A DNA stretch of 64,000 bases from Candidatus Hydrogenedentota bacterium (GCA_963674865.2 CAXXYE010000011.1:160001-224000); one strand, 5' to 3'. Numbered from the stretch's first letter, positions 38,109-49,091 are shown. A program made the numbers and translations. Notes: a model not told the origin generated them from the sequence alone.

Positions 38109-39128
38109 TCATTTCGGCTTGGATTGCTCCGAGCCGCGGTTGAGGCTCTCCGCATCATCCGCGCGGTAGGGAGTGTGGGGGAGGGAGAGAACCTCTTCCC
38201 AGCGGCTCTGCTCGTCAAGATACAGAACGGCAAACGAATCGCCGCGTCTCTTGACGGCCCATCGAGATGACGGCGTCCTCCACGCATGCTCAGGCGCCGT
38301 CCGCGCCGCGGCGTCTTCTGTCACGTCATCCACGGCCACCGTCTTCGTCACGCACCAGTTGCGCCCGCCGTCTTCAGTCCTCATCCGCCAGAATGCCACT
38401 TCTTTTTCGAGATTCCCCTCAAAAGGAACCGGGGCCATTGCCGCCGCGACGCACTCGCCGTTCCATGGGGAGGAAAAGGCCCAGGCTTCCAAGATGCTGA
38501 CGGCGCCAACGTCATGGAAACGCGATTCCTCCCACGTCGCGCCGCCGTTATAGGTGCGCAGCATCCCGAACGAAGGATCCTCGATGTGGTTTTGCCAAGC
38601 GAGCCAACCGTGCGTATCGTCAAAAAACCTGAGTTCGGATACGTCGCCCACGCGATGCCCCACCGGATCAAGCACCTGTGTCCATGTTCGGCCTCGATCC
38701 GTCGTTTTGAGGAGCAGCGCGTACGCCCGCGGGATATGGGCGAAGCCGCTGTCCGTGATGACGTGGTAGTTCCCGTAGACGATGGCCTTCTTGTCTTCCA
38801 GCCCATACACCCTTGGCTCGACAATGTGGATGGCGAATGCGCCGCCCTGATCATCGAGCAAGCGCTCGCACGCATGGGCTATCACGTGTTGCGGCGCGTA
38901 GGCCAAGCTTCGTACGTGAGCGCATGCTGATATGGGCTCCTCACGCAGTCCGAGTCCGCCGCAACCGGCCAAACAGAAAACGCCCCAAAGGGAGAAACTC
39001 AGAACCGGAAGATGCGCGGCCAAAGCGTTAGAACACCTCAAGATAAAGACACCCCCATGGATCTGAAGCCCGTCCAGGCTCGGTGTTGCGTGCGGTGCGC
39101 GAGTACACGCCTCGCACGCCGTCATCAT
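38109..39128 (-). CDS. Putative lipoprotein with BNR/Asp-box repeats
   Basis: LAGC lipobox; TTDRGRTW, TYNGGATW, TEDGGRNW; start codon uncertain. Confidence 0.7.
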   Translation of the reverse strand: MMTACEACTRAPHATPSLDGLQIHGGVFILRCSNALAAHLPVLSFSLWGVFCLAGCGGLGLREEPISACAHVRSLAYAPQHVIAHACERLLDDQGGAFAIHIVEPRVYGLEDKKAIVYGNYHVITDSGFAHIPRAYALLLKTTDRGRTWTQVLDPVGHRVGDVSELRFFDDTHGWLAWQNHIEDPSFGMLRTYNGGATWEESRFHDVGAVSILEAWAFSSPWNGECVAAAMAPVPFEGNLEKEVAFWRMRTEDGGRNWCVTKTVAVDDVTEDAAARTAPEHAWRTPSSRWAVKRRGDSFAVLYLDEQSRWEEVLSLPHTPYRADDAESLNRGSEQSKPK

Positions 39129-39166
39129 AGCATCCGTTCTCGGCTATCCTCCTCAAGGGGCGAGAT

Positions 39167-42112
39167 TCACCTCGCCTGAAGGCACCGAACCAGCACGGCG
39201 TCGGCCGTGCGCAGTTCCTCGCCGCCTGGCAGCGACACGTGTACGTTCTGGCAGTCGGGATTGGCGATGACGACGTACGACGCGCCTTTGCCTGTGACGA
39301 CCTCACACGCGGCCGCCGCGCCCTGTGGGAGGGGCCGGCCATCGGCGCCAACCACGGGGAGCGCCTCCAAGCGGACGGCCTCGCCTTTGAGCGACACGCA
39401 CCAGAGGAAGGCGGTTGCCTGGGCCGTGCGGCGGAAAAGGAGTACGGGGACGGCGTCCGTGACGCGCTGCCCCGGGCCTGTCGCCATGATCAGTCTCGTG
39501 GGCCCGTTGCCCGCCAAAGTTGCGGTTACCTCGCCTCCGCTTGCCGCGCGCGTTCCCAGCGTGACGGCGCCGCTTATCTCCCTCGAAGTGGCCGCACGAA
39601 GGCGGGAGTATCCGGCCTTGCGCGGAGCATCCCAAGGGGCGCCTCCGAGCGGGGAGGTCCATTGCCCCGTCTGATGGTACGCCAAGTCCAAGCAGCGTGG
39701 CCGATCGCACTGCACCAAGTCGAGAAACAGCACAACATCCTCCGGAAGGGACACGGCCGTGCGAATGAAGCGGACGCCCTTGTAGATGGGCCCGGCCTCG
39801 GCCGCGATATAGGGCGTCGATGCATCGGCGCTGAAGGCTATGCACTTCCCCTCGGCGGGGGCTTGGGAAGTCTCGTCCACGACAAGCGTGTTGTGGGCGA
39901 GGGCGGTTCGATACCATTCCTCCTGCACCGCTGCGCCGTAGAGCGCCGTGCCGGGATCCGGTGCGATCACCCTCCCGTGGTTATAGAGGACGAAGCTGAG
40001 CTTGTCCGGATGCCCATGGCCGCCGCCATGCGGGCCGTACTTGAGGCAGAACCAGGTGCTGTCCACCGCGCATCCCTGCCTGAGGATGGCGTAGCCCGAG
40101 GCCGTGTAGTTGGTGCTGTGACACGGAGCTGGTGTCGGCTCGGGCAGCGTTTCCGCGCCGAACCAGAGGGCCATTTCATCCTGCCGATCGGAGTCCGTCA
40201 GTATTGCTGCTAGCTCAGGGGCCGCAAAGCGTTGGTAGGCCAACTCGTAGAGCCCGTGCCAAGCGGCATTCCCCAGGAGATCCACCTCGGGACTGTCGTT
40301 GAACGCGGGCAGGTGCCCATCCGGCATGGCCATGTCCAGCGGGAAGGTATACATCTTCCGCAGCGTGTCCATGTAGAGGTCGAGTCCGCAGTTCCTCGCG
40401 GCCTCCGTCAAGGGCCAGAGCGCGGACAGCGTATAGAAATGGTAATGCCACGACCCCTCCCACCAGAGGCCGTCCCCGTCGACACCCTCCGCCATCTGCT
40501 TCCAGAAACCGTCCGAAGGATCGTAGATGGCCTCATGGACAAGCTCGCCATCGCCCAGAAGGAGGCCGGTAAGGCCGAGCGCACTGTTGTTCCAGCACTG
40601 GATATTGTGCACCCCGAGGCGATGTTGAAGCACCACCTCGCGGGCCGCGGGGACCAGCACGTTGTCGGTGAGCGTTTGGCGTTCTTCATGCGAGAGCACG
40701 TCCCAGAGCATGTCCACGCCCTGACACACGTCGATGAGCCAGAGGGATTCGCCCAGTGAGCTGGCCATGACGCGCCCCGCGTTTACCGTAGCCTTCCCGT
40801 TCTTGTCATGAAGAGCGTACGTCGGATAGCGCTCCGCGTACTCCATCAGGATGGCGCGCGCCTTGTCGGCGTACCGCGGATCGCTTGATACCTGGTATGC
40901 CAGGCCCAGATCGCGGATCATAGCGGCGAGCTGTTCGTGTAGCGTCGCGATGACGCACCCATCGTAGTCGCGGTCGGCGCGGGTGGGGTCGCCTCGATAC
41001 GTGGCTCCATCCACCGGGCATAGGTGTTGCCATTGCCACTCCCCCACCGGATCCCCCCGCTGGAGCGCCGCACCGTGCTTGGGGCAGACGTGCCAGTGCC
41101 ACCAGTTTCCCCCTCTCGGCGGGACGCGAGTCTCTTCCTGCAGCGAGGCGTCAAGCCGGGAGAGAAGGGCGTGCCACGCCTCGTTTGCCCACGTTTGACC
41201 CTCAATCTTGCGCTTCAGCGACTCTATGCCTTCCTGGTCGAGCAGCAGCCTCGGATGGGGCGGCAATTCGACCTTTCGCACACATTGTGCCTCCTTTTCC
41301 GTCCGAGTATCGGGATTTCCCTCGATTTCCACCCAAACCGGAACAGTGATGGCCTCAAAGGGCTTCAACGCGTCAAGGCGTGATAGGTCGGCCAGCGCTC
41401 GAAACTCAATATTTGCCTCATCCTGCGCCGGGACCTCCACAGTCTGCGGCGTTTCCTCCCCGGCCCTGCCTTGGATCCGGAACGGCTGTTCGGTTGGATT
41501 CGTGACAGTGATCACGACCTCCAGCGTCCTCTCGCGGACCTTTGCAGATGCCACGCGCCATTCGACGCCGGCCGGTACGGCTCTCAGGTCGTCAACGGAC
41601 AGCCGGACATCCGCGCCCGGCTCCGTTTCGAGCCTAAAACCGAGGTAGCGGGCCTCCTTATCCACCTGTTTGCCCCAATTGTCGTAGCGTGGCTGCGCCA
41701 GGATGATCGTCGACCTGTGCCACCCCTCCGGCGGGGGAGAAGATCCCGATTCCCAGACCGAGTAGACAGCCTCTAAACCGTCGGCAATAGGATAGTTGCG
41801 GACCTTTATCATGAAGCTCTTCAACCCCGCGCCCTCAACCTTCCACCACAATGAAAGGGCGGAGAAACGGGACAAATCGACGCCGGTGTCTGCGTAGTCA
41901 AGCATGAAGAAATCGAGAGAACCCGGCTTCAGCGCCTTTGTAATCGCGTGCCGGCCCTCCTGTGCATCCGTGCTTAGCCGGAGTCCGCCTTGCCATCCGG
42001 CGGGGGTTTCGCAGTCCGACAGGATGCTGCTGAACGCGTCTTTAGCGGTAGCCCAGGAGGCGACGCTGACAAGCCCGAGGCAGGCCAATACCCTCCAAAG
42101 TCGTTTTCCCAA
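39167..42112 (-). CDS. Heparinase II/III / alginate lyase-family polysaccharide lyase
   Basis: Signal peptide; HPRLL, HNIQCW, EGSWHYH, PAFNDS, GHGHPDKLS, AHNTLVVD. Confidence 0.88.
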   Translation of the reverse strand: MGKRLWRVLACLGLVSVASWATAKDAFSSILSDCETPAGWQGGLRLSTDAQEGRHAITKALKPGSLDFFMLDYADTGVDLSRFSALSLWWKVEGAGLKSFMIKVRNYPIADGLEAVYSVWESGSSPPPEGWHRSTIILAQPRYDNWGKQVDKEARYLGFRLETEPGADVRLSVDDLRAVPAGVEWRVASAKVRERTLEVVITVTNPTEQPFRIQGRAGEETPQTVEVPAQDEANIEFRALADLSRLDALKPFEAITVPVWVEIEGNPDTRTEKEAQCVRKVELPPHPRLLLDQEGIESLKRKIEGQTWANEAWHALLSRLDASLQEETRVPPRGGNWWHWHVCPKHGAALQRGDPVGEWQWQHLCPVDGATYRGDPTRADRDYDGCVIATLHEQLAAMIRDLGLAYQVSSDPRYADKARAILMEYAERYPTYALHDKNGKATVNAGRVMASSLGESLWLIDVCQGVDMLWDVLSHEERQTLTDNVLVPAAREVVLQHRLGVHNIQCWNNSALGLTGLLLGDGELVHEAIYDPSDGFWKQMAEGVDGDGLWWEGSWHYHFYTLSALWPLTEAARNCGLDLYMDTLRKMYTFPLDMAMPDGHLPAFNDSPEVDLLGNAAWHGLYELAYQRFAAPELAAILTDSDRQDEMALWFGAETLPEPTPAPCHSTNYTASGYAILRQGCAVDSTWFCLKYGPHGGGHGHPDKLSFVLYNHGRVIAPDPGTALYGAAVQEEWYRTALAHNTLVVDETSQAPAEGKCIAFSADASTPYIAAEAGPIYKGVRFIRTAVSLPEDVVLFLDLVQCDRPRCLDLAYHQTGQWTSPLGGAPWDAPRKAGYSRLRAATSREISGAVTLGTRAASGGEVTATLAGNGPTRLIMATGPGQRVTDAVPVLLFRRTAQATAFLWCVSLKGEAVRLEALPVVGADGRPLPQGAAAACEVVTGKGASYVVIANPDCQNVHVSLPGGEELRTADAVLVRCLQAR

Positions 42113-42605
42113 GTTCCTTGCTCCCTGGAATGTAATTTCGCGTCCTATGCGTAACCTACTGTGAGCAAAGCCGACACTTCAAGCTGACGTGAAGCCGGTA
42201 GGCTCGAGGCCTATCGTGCGGTGTCGCTCCTCACAGCAAGGGCTTCGATTGTAAATGAATGTATACACCGTGCGTGGATGTTCTGCGAACTTTGCTCGTC
42301 CGACGCGGGTCAGGCGGCTGGCACTTGGCTATCGCGCATCCATTGCTTTTATGGGGTCTTTCTGCTACGCTAGAAGTGGCTGTGGTACGTTAACTTGTGA
42401 AGGGACAAGTTGTGCAATCCGGTGTGTTGCGGACATTTCGCAACGCGCCCGCGTGGAAGAGTGGTGTAATTCCGCGCGAGTAATGGGGAGGTGACACGTG
42501 TGTCTCGATGTCCCGTCGTTTCCCCTGGGGCTGCCTGAACTGTCTATTGGGGAGCGCTCCACCGTGCTCTGGGGTAAGATCTCTGTCAAGACCAGGAGGA
42601 CATCA

Positions 42606-43412
42606 ATGGCCTCGAACGGGTCGTCTCGGTTTGGCGCATTTCATAAGCTGGCTGTGTTGCTGGGCGCTTTGTTTGTGGTGGCAGGCTGCGCGACCTCTCC
42701 GCGGGTACCGTCGCTTGCGGCCGACCCAATGCCCCCAGGGCCACAGAAGCTGGTGCTTGCGTCAGGAGACACAGTTTCGCTGCAGTTTGTCTATTGGCCG
42801 GAACTGGATATTACACAGACAATCCGGCCGGACGGCATGATCACGGCGAAACTGATAGGCGAGGTCGAGGCAGCAGGACTGTCGCCGGAAGAACTACGGC
42901 AGAAACTGCTGGAATTGTATGCCGATAAACTGAGGGACCCCGAGATCACGGTTGTCGCCGACTTGGCTGACAGCCGGAAGGTGTACGTCGGGGGAGAGGT
43001 TGACCTGTTCCGCAACACGGACGGCCTTGTCGAAGTCCCCTTGGTGGGCAAACTGACGCCTTTCCAGGCGGTGCTTCAGGCGGGCGGATTCAGGAAGCGC
43101 AGCGCCAAGCTTTCTCGGGTGCTCGTGATTCGTCGCATCGACGACACGCAGTATGCCCGCACGGTGGACCTCAGGAAGGAGTTCAAGACTGCCGAGAGCG
43201 AGCTATTCTATCTGCAGTCGGATGACATCGTTTTCGTGCCTCGCAGTAGGATTGACCGGGCCGACGCGTGGGTGGACCAGTATATGAATCAACTCGTGCC
43301 CGATTGGATAAACGCGAATTTCGGTTATACCGAGACCCGCACAAAGACGGTGGGGACGCGGTCGACGGTGACGGCGTCGCCCACGGGCTTTACCGTGGAG
43401 CGAACGAGGTAA
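42606..43412 (+). CDS. wza: Polysaccharide export lipoprotein (Wza-like)
   Basis: VAGC lipobox; IRPDG.I...LIG, VYVGGEV, DIVFVP. Confidence 0.85.
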   Translation: MASNGSSRFGAFHKLAVLLGALFVVAGCATSPRVPSLAADPMPPGPQKLVLASGDTVSLQFVYWPELDITQTIRPDGMITAKLIGEVEAAGLSPEELRQKLLELYADKLRDPEITVVADLADSRKVYVGGEVDLFRNTDGLVEVPLVGKLTPFQAVLQAGGFRKRSAKLSRVLVIRRIDDTQYARTVDLRKEFKTAESELFYLQSDDIVFVPRSRIDRADAWVDQYMNQLVPDWINANFGYTETRTKTVGTRSTVTASPTGFTVERTR

Positions 43413-43530
43413 GTACAGCGCAAGGCCGCAGGTATGAAGGTCGCCTTGTAGGACAAAGAATGGCACGCCTTTGAGAGCGTGCGCAAGATAAGTGCGCGCG
43501 GGGCGTGTCCCGGGATGAGAAAGGGAGGCA

Positions 43531-45105
43531 ATGGCCGCTATCAGCGACAGTCTGCACAACTCACTGCGTGATATCGTCGACGTATTCTTCCGTCAGAAGC
43601 GGAAGATCGCGCTTGTTTTCATTCTCGTCTTCGCCGGAGTGAGTGCCTACAGTTTCGTGGCGCCGGCGGTTTACCAGTCCGAGGCGAAACTCCTTGTCCG
43701 CTCCGGCCGCGAGAACTACTCCGTCGACCCGGCCGTTGAAGGGGCCACCATCAATGTTTCCCAGACCCGGGAGGGCGACGTCAAGTCCGAAACCGCCGTC
43801 CTTTGTAGCCGCGAGCTTGTTGAAGACGTTGTAAACGCCATTAGCCCTGACGTGTTTCTCGCTAGTCCGTCCTCAGTGCCGTCCCTTGTGCAATGGATGT
43901 ACTCCGACGAGGGGAAGCTTGTGCCGGCCGGCCAGGAGGTCCGCGAGGGGGAGGTAGATGAGGGACTGCGGAAGAGGGGGGCCGTGCAGTCGGAGCCTTA
44001 TCGCCGGGCGGTTAAGAAGGTGTCGGACAACCTCGCCGTGAGCGTTGAGAACGGGACGAACATCATTCAGGCCAGTTTCGAAGCCCGGGACCCGGCTCTC
44101 GCGCGCGGAACCCTCCAGATGCTGCTTGATTCGTACATGAAACGGCACATCCAAGTCCATGCCGCCAAGGCGTCCCCGGACTTCTTCGAGGCGGAAACGA
44201 GTGAGATGCGTATGGAACTCCAGCGGCGTGAGGAGGCCCTCAGTGCTTTCCGTAAGGAGCACGGGATCGCGCAGTTGGAGCAGCAGACGCAGACGCTCCT
44301 CACGCAGATCGGTGAGGTGCAGCGACAGATCGCCGAGGAGACGGGCGACATAAGCGGCAGCCGCGCCCGCGTTGCTTCGTTGGAAGAGACGCTGGCCGAG
44401 CGTTCCGAGACGATGGAACTCGAGCGAACCACGGGAAAGACCAACTGGGCCGCGGATGACTACAAGAGCCGGCTGACGGACCTGCGTATGAAGGAGGCTG
44501 ACCTGGCGGCGCGCTATGCGGATGATTACCGCCCGCTCGTCGAAGTGCGCGAACGGATCAGCGAGATTCAAGCCCTCCTGGCAAAAGAGGGTGACACCCA
44601 CACCGAGGTGACCGTCGGGCTCAACACAAGCTATCGCGAGTTGGAATTGTCCCTGGCCAACGAGCGCGCCCTATTGGAAGCCGGCCAGGCGCAATATGAC
44701 GCGCTAAAGAAGGATCTCGCCGATCTGGAGGCGCGCCTTGATGAATTGTCCGGTTACCGAGTGGAACTGGAGCGACTCGAACGCGAGGTAGAGCTCGCCG
44801 ACGAGGAGTATCGCGAGTACCGGAAGAACTGGCAGCACGCCAGAATCTCCCAAGCTCTTGATGTGAATAAAGTTTCGAACGTCAGTATCGTCCAATACGC
44901 CACCATGCCCCTTGAACCCGTCCGCCCGAAAAAAGTGCGCAGTATGGTGCTCGGGGCCCTGGTGGGTATCCTGGGAGGCATTGCCCTGGCCTTTCTCTCC
45001 GACTACCTCGATGACACGTTCAAGACGGGCAGCGATGTTGCTCGGAGGCTTGACCTCCCCGTCTTGGCCACGATTTCGGATAGGGAATTCAAGGGATGTA
45101 CCTGA
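43531..45105 (+). CDS. Polysaccharide co-polymerase (GumC/Wzc N-terminal type)
   Basis: Two TM helices flanking a coiled coil; P..PVRPK motif. Confidence 0.88.
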   Translation: MAAISDSLHNSLRDIVDVFFRQKRKIALVFILVFAGVSAYSFVAPAVYQSEAKLLVRSGRENYSVDPAVEGATINVSQTREGDVKSETAVLCSRELVEDVVNAISPDVFLASPSSVPSLVQWMYSDEGKLVPAGQEVREGEVDEGLRKRGAVQSEPYRRAVKKVSDNLAVSVENGTNIIQASFEARDPALARGTLQMLLDSYMKRHIQVHAAKASPDFFEAETSEMRMELQRREEALSAFRKEHGIAQLEQQTQTLLTQIGEVQRQIAEETGDISGSRARVASLEETLAERSETMELERTTGKTNWAADDYKSRLTDLRMKEADLAARYADDYRPLVEVRERISEIQALLAKEGDTHTEVTVGLNTSYRELELSLANERALLEAGQAQYDALKKDLADLEARLDELSGYRVELERLEREVELADEEYREYRKNWQHARISQALDVNKVSNVSIVQYATMPLEPVRPKKVRSMVLGALVGILGGIALAFLSDYLDDTFKTGSDVARRLDLPVLATISDREFKGCT

Positions 45106-46556
45106 AATACTACCGGCTGAGAGCCGCGCCCTTCGCCATGCCGCCCGATCCGGCATTTCTCTATCTGAGCAAGAGCCATGAGGAGGTCCTGGCCTCCTTG
45201 CTCTATGCCCTTGAGGAGAGAAAGGGCTTCGTAGCGCTCACGGGCGATGTGGGAGCGGGAAAGACACTCCTGCTGCGGGCGCTGTTGGAGAAGATAGATG
45301 TCAATCGCGTCGAGGCCGTGTATCTTTTCAATCCCGAGCTATCATTTGCTCAACTGATGCGCTCCATATTTCTGGAGATGGGGCAGCCTTTTCCACAGCA
45401 GGATCTGGACCTGGCGGTGCGCCGTCTTCATCATCATCTTATCGAGCGCTACAGGCAAGGGCGCCATGTGGTGCTCCTTATAGATGAAGCTCAGCGAATG
45501 CCTGCCGAGACACTCGAGCGGCTGAGGATTTTGTCTAATCTCGAGACTGCGAAGCATAAGCTCCTCCAGATTGTGCTTTGTGGCCAGACTGAGTTGGACA
45601 AGGTCCTCGACCGGCACGACCTCAGACAGCTTCGGCAGCGCATCGCTCTGCGTGCCTTCCTTGGCCCGCTCAGCCGCAAAGAGAGCGTTGCCTATTTGGA
45701 GCATCGCCTGGCTCGCGTGAGTTACAGCCGAACGCCGATTTTCAGCCCGAAAGCGTTGGCGCGGATCGTCCGCCACGCCCAGGGGAATCCCCGCGTCCTC
45801 AATTCATGTGCGGAATATGCGCTCATAGCGGGGTATGCGGAGCAAGAGCGCCCCGTTTCGGCCAAGACTGCGGCCGTTGCCATCGCCGAGCAGGCGCGCA
45901 AGAGACGGCCGGCGCTGATATCGCGCTGGAAGGCCGTCGCTGCGGGCGCTCTGGTCGTACTGTTTTTGCTGGCATTCTGGGGCCGCAGCGTGGCATTGCG
46001 ACCGCATCCAGCGGGCGAATTGGGCCGTGCGCCGCGCGCGCCGGTATCCAAGCCGAGCGCGGCGCAAAACGCTTCGACGACCTCGAAGGGCCGGACGCAG
46101 GAGCGGGTTCTTGCGCGGAGGCATGACGCCGCCGATGTGGCTCAAGCTGAAGCTGCTATTCCGGCCTACCCCTCCTTGTTTCCGCTGCTTACGCCGCCTC
46201 CTGATGCTTTTGACTCGCTCGGATCCGGCGGCCACGAGGGGATAGAAGCGGCCACGCCGATCCCGCTTCCGGCCATGCACGAGGTCCCCGATGCGGAACT
46301 CCTCGAATGCGAGAAGGAAGGCGCCGCTCAAGAGGCGTCGGCGGTGGCGGGGCCGGACGCAGGCGAAACATGGAAGATTGCGCCCGGGGAGTGCCTCGGG
46401 GACATACTGGCTCGGGTCTATGGTTATCAGGACGTGAATTTGCTCAAACGTGTCCTGGAAGAGAACCCCCACATTCAGAACCCGGACCAGATTCACGCCG
46501 GAGACACGATCCGGTTGCCCACAATGCGGCGGGACTCAGCGAGCACGTATGAATAG
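45096..46556 (+). CDS. ExeA-like AAA ATPase with a C-terminal LysM domain
   Basis: GDVGAGKT, LIDEAQ, GNPR; C-terminal ENPHIQNPDQIHAGDTIRLP. Confidence 0.85.
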   Translation: MYLKYYRLRAAPFAMPPDPAFLYLSKSHEEVLASLLYALEERKGFVALTGDVGAGKTLLLRALLEKIDVNRVEAVYLFNPELSFAQLMRSIFLEMGQPFPQQDLDLAVRRLHHHLIERYRQGRHVVLLIDEAQRMPAETLERLRILSNLETAKHKLLQIVLCGQTELDKVLDRHDLRQLRQRIALRAFLGPLSRKESVAYLEHRLARVSYSRTPIFSPKALARIVRHAQGNPRVLNSCAEYALIAGYAEQERPVSAKTAAVAIAEQARKRRPALISRWKAVAAGALVVLFLLAFWGRSVALRPHPAGELGRAPRAPVSKPSAAQNASTTSKGRTQERVLARRHDAADVAQAEAAIPAYPSLFPLLTPPPDAFDSLGSGGHEGIEAATPIPLPAMHEVPDAELLECEKEGAAQEASAVAGPDAGETWKIAPGECLGDILARVYGYQDVNLLKRVLEENPHIQNPDQIHAGDTIRLPTMRRDSASTYE

Positions 46557-46595
46557 AGCCTTATCTTGCTCTGGTCGATTCCGTAGGAGGACCAC

Positions 46596-47333
46596 ATGAC
46601 GAAGATGTACGAAGCACTCAAGCGGGCCCAGGAGGGCGGAGGGGCCGCCACTACCGGCGAGTCGTTCGGAACGCCTCCTCGCAAGGCCGGCGATGGAGCC
46701 CTTCGCCAGAAACTGGTGGCCGTCTACCAGAGCATTGAAGCACGTTTGGACGCGGAATCCGCGCCGGGCCCATGCAGGATGGTGACGTTCGTGGGGGCTC
46801 GACGCGGTGAGGGCACTTCGACGCTTGCCCGTGAGTTTGCCAACGTTGTGAGCACGGAGTTCGGCAAGAAAGTACTTCTCGTCGATGTGGAAGGCGGTAT
46901 GGGAGGCCACCATGATCGCTTCGGCGTGACGTTGGAGGCAGGTTTGGACGCCGTGACGGCCGGCCGTGCCCAGTTGGTTGACGTGCTCAAGCCGGCGGGT
47001 TCCGACTCTCTGTTTCTGGCCTCTCTAACCACGGGCAGTACCGCCGCCTCGACGGCCGTCGGCAGTCCCGGCTTTGAACGGACTCTTCAGGAGCTTCGAG
47101 AGGCCTTCGACTATATCCTATTTGACGCTCCTCCCTTTTCGCACGCCTCCGATGTGCTGCTTCTTGTTCCCGTCTCGGATGGGCTTGTTCTTGTGACGGA
47201 GGCAGAGAAGACGCGGTGGCAGGTTGTGGACAACATGCGCGAGCGCATTGTGCTCCAGGGCGGCCAGGTACTCGGAGTAATCCTGAACAAGAAGCGATTC
47301 CATATACCTCAATTCATCTATAGGCTGCTCTAG
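46596..47333 (+). CDS. CpsD/CapB-like BY-kinase family protein
   Basis: GEGTST, VLLVD, FDAPP, GVILN. Confidence 0.85.
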   Translation: MTKMYEALKRAQEGGGAATTGESFGTPPRKAGDGALRQKLVAVYQSIEARLDAESAPGPCRMVTFVGARRGEGTSTLAREFANVVSTEFGKKVLLVDVEGGMGGHHDRFGVTLEAGLDAVTAGRAQLVDVLKPAGSDSLFLASLTTGSTAASTAVGSPGFERTLQELREAFDYILFDAPPFSHASDVLLLVPVSDGLVLVTEAEKTRWQVVDNMRERIVLQGGQVLGVILNKKRFHIPQFIYRLL

Positions 47334-47849
47334 AGGGAGGTCAGAAAGCCACCAGATAGTGGAGACTGAGCATTTTCGGTGCTGACACAGAAAGACTTAC
47401 AAGCGCTTTCTGGCCGGGTTCCCAGGTGTGCGGTGTGTTGGACTGGATCGCAGAACGGACGCAGAAGGCTCACTAGGAGCTACATTTCTGTACAGGATGC
47501 GTCCCTATGTGACAAAAATGGGCGCTTAATTGGCGCCATGTTTGGCTTCGGGCTGCGCCGATTCCACGAGGTCGCTGTGGAGTTCCTTGGTAGCACTGGA
47601 CTTGGGATGATGCGGCTATATGGGCACGCTTCGTGCTTAATACGCCGGAAGTATGGGGTCGCAAGGCCCCCTGGTTTCTCGGGCAGGCACGGTGTTCCTC
47701 AGGACCTCCGAATGCGTTGGGTCTGCATAGGCTCTATTGTCCTGGGCTTGCCTAACGCGGCCTTGGCCGCAAGAACCGACGATTCTTATTACTTGTTGAG
47801 ACGGAAGTGGATACAGAAACGCTGCAAAGTGTGACAATGGGGAGAACCG

Positions 47850-48920
47850 ATGGCTATTACGGGGCATTCGTACCGACTCGAAAATGAGCGGTGGCCGAGT
47901 ACCGCCGGTACCGTCAGTTCGGCGGCGGAGTTTCATCAGACCCTTGAAGATGCGTGGTCTCGTGCCGCTAGTGGAGGCCACGGCTGTTCTCTCCTCACAT
48001 TCCGTGTGGGAGGCGGGGCGTCCGCCGGTAGGCTGACCAAGGATCTTGCCTGCGTCGCCGCCGAGAGGATCTGGCGTTCGCACGAAGTGGGCTGGCTCGA
48101 TGACCACCATGTCGGCCTTCTCCTGCACGGTGCTTCAGGAGAGAAGGCGTCCGCCTACGCCGAACACGTTCGCTCGCAGCTCGCCACATCCGGCGTCGTG
48201 CCTCAATGGGCCGTGTGCAGCTACCCCGTTCCCTGGCGAGTATCATTGTCCGCGCAGAGTGCTTCAGCGGAGGCTTCGCCGTCAGAGTTCTCAGGTTCTG
48301 AAATCCAAGGGATCCGCTCTCCCATGCCGCGCTGGAAGCGCGTCATGGATGTCGTCCTGTCGTCTATGGCGTTGGTGGCTCTTGTCCCCCTTATGATCCC
48401 CATTGCCATTGTCATCAAGCTTACATCCAAGGGCCCTGTTGTTTTTAGGCAAAGCCGCGCGGGACTCAATGGGGAGTCTTTCACCTGCTACAAGTTCAGG
48501 TCCATGGTGGACGACGCCGAGAAGCGCAAGGAAGACCTCATGAGGTGTGGCGATGGGGCAGGGGCCACCTTCAAGATGCTCGACGACCCACGCGTTACCA
48601 GATTTGGCCGGTTGTTGCGCCAGACGAGTCTGGACGAACTCCCGCAATTCTTCAACGTTCTCAAGGGTGACATGAGTTTGGTCGGCCCACGCCCGCTGCC
48701 TCTGGAAGAAGCCCTGAAGCAGGACACCTGGCACCGGACCCGGCTTCTGCTCAAGCCCGGAATCACGTGTCTTTGGCAGGTGTATTCCCGGCATGATCGA
48801 TCACTCGAAGCGTGGTCCAGGCTGGACATTGAATATGCACGGCGCCGCTCCTTCTGGCTGGATGTCAAACTGCTGCTTTTGACGATCCCTGCTGTCTTGT
48901 CGGGAAACGGCGCGTGTTAA
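47850..48920 (+). CDS. Priming sugar transferase with an N-terminal extension
   Basis: KFRSM, DDPRVT, SLDELPQ, MSLVGPRP, KPGIT. Confidence 0.92.
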   Translation: MAITGHSYRLENERWPSTAGTVSSAAEFHQTLEDAWSRAASGGHGCSLLTFRVGGGASAGRLTKDLACVAAERIWRSHEVGWLDDHHVGLLLHGASGEKASAYAEHVRSQLATSGVVPQWAVCSYPVPWRVSLSAQSASAEASPSEFSGSEIQGIRSPMPRWKRVMDVVLSSMALVALVPLMIPIAIVIKLTSKGPVVFRQSRAGLNGESFTCYKFRSMVDDAEKRKEDLMRCGDGAGATFKMLDDPRVTRFGRLLRQTSLDELPQFFNVLKGDMSLVGPRPLPLEEALKQDTWHRTRLLLKPGITCLWQVYSRHDRSLEAWSRLDIEYARRRSFWLDVKLLLLTIPAVLSGNGAC

Positions 48921-48925
48921 GGGCC

Positions 48926-48955
48926 GCCTAAGCGAGATAAGCAACGCGTTAGGCG
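48926..48955 (+). other. Hairpin downstream of the sugar transferase gene
   Basis: CGCCTAA...TTAGGCG inverted repeat; no U-tract. Confidence 0.35.
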
Positions 48956-49091
48956 CCGAGAAGATCGGCGCCATCGCTGTGTGGCGTCGCGCGGGTTCAA
49001 CTTGTGTCGTGGGCCACCAGCGGCACTCGTCCATTCTGATATACTTGTGTACACAGTCTGCGGCATGCGGAGCGTAGAAAGGGAGACGGCA

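Noticed and set aside
33479..42164. Many long antisense ORFs
   Set aside because: Shadow ORFs opposite GC-rich genes, with no motifs.
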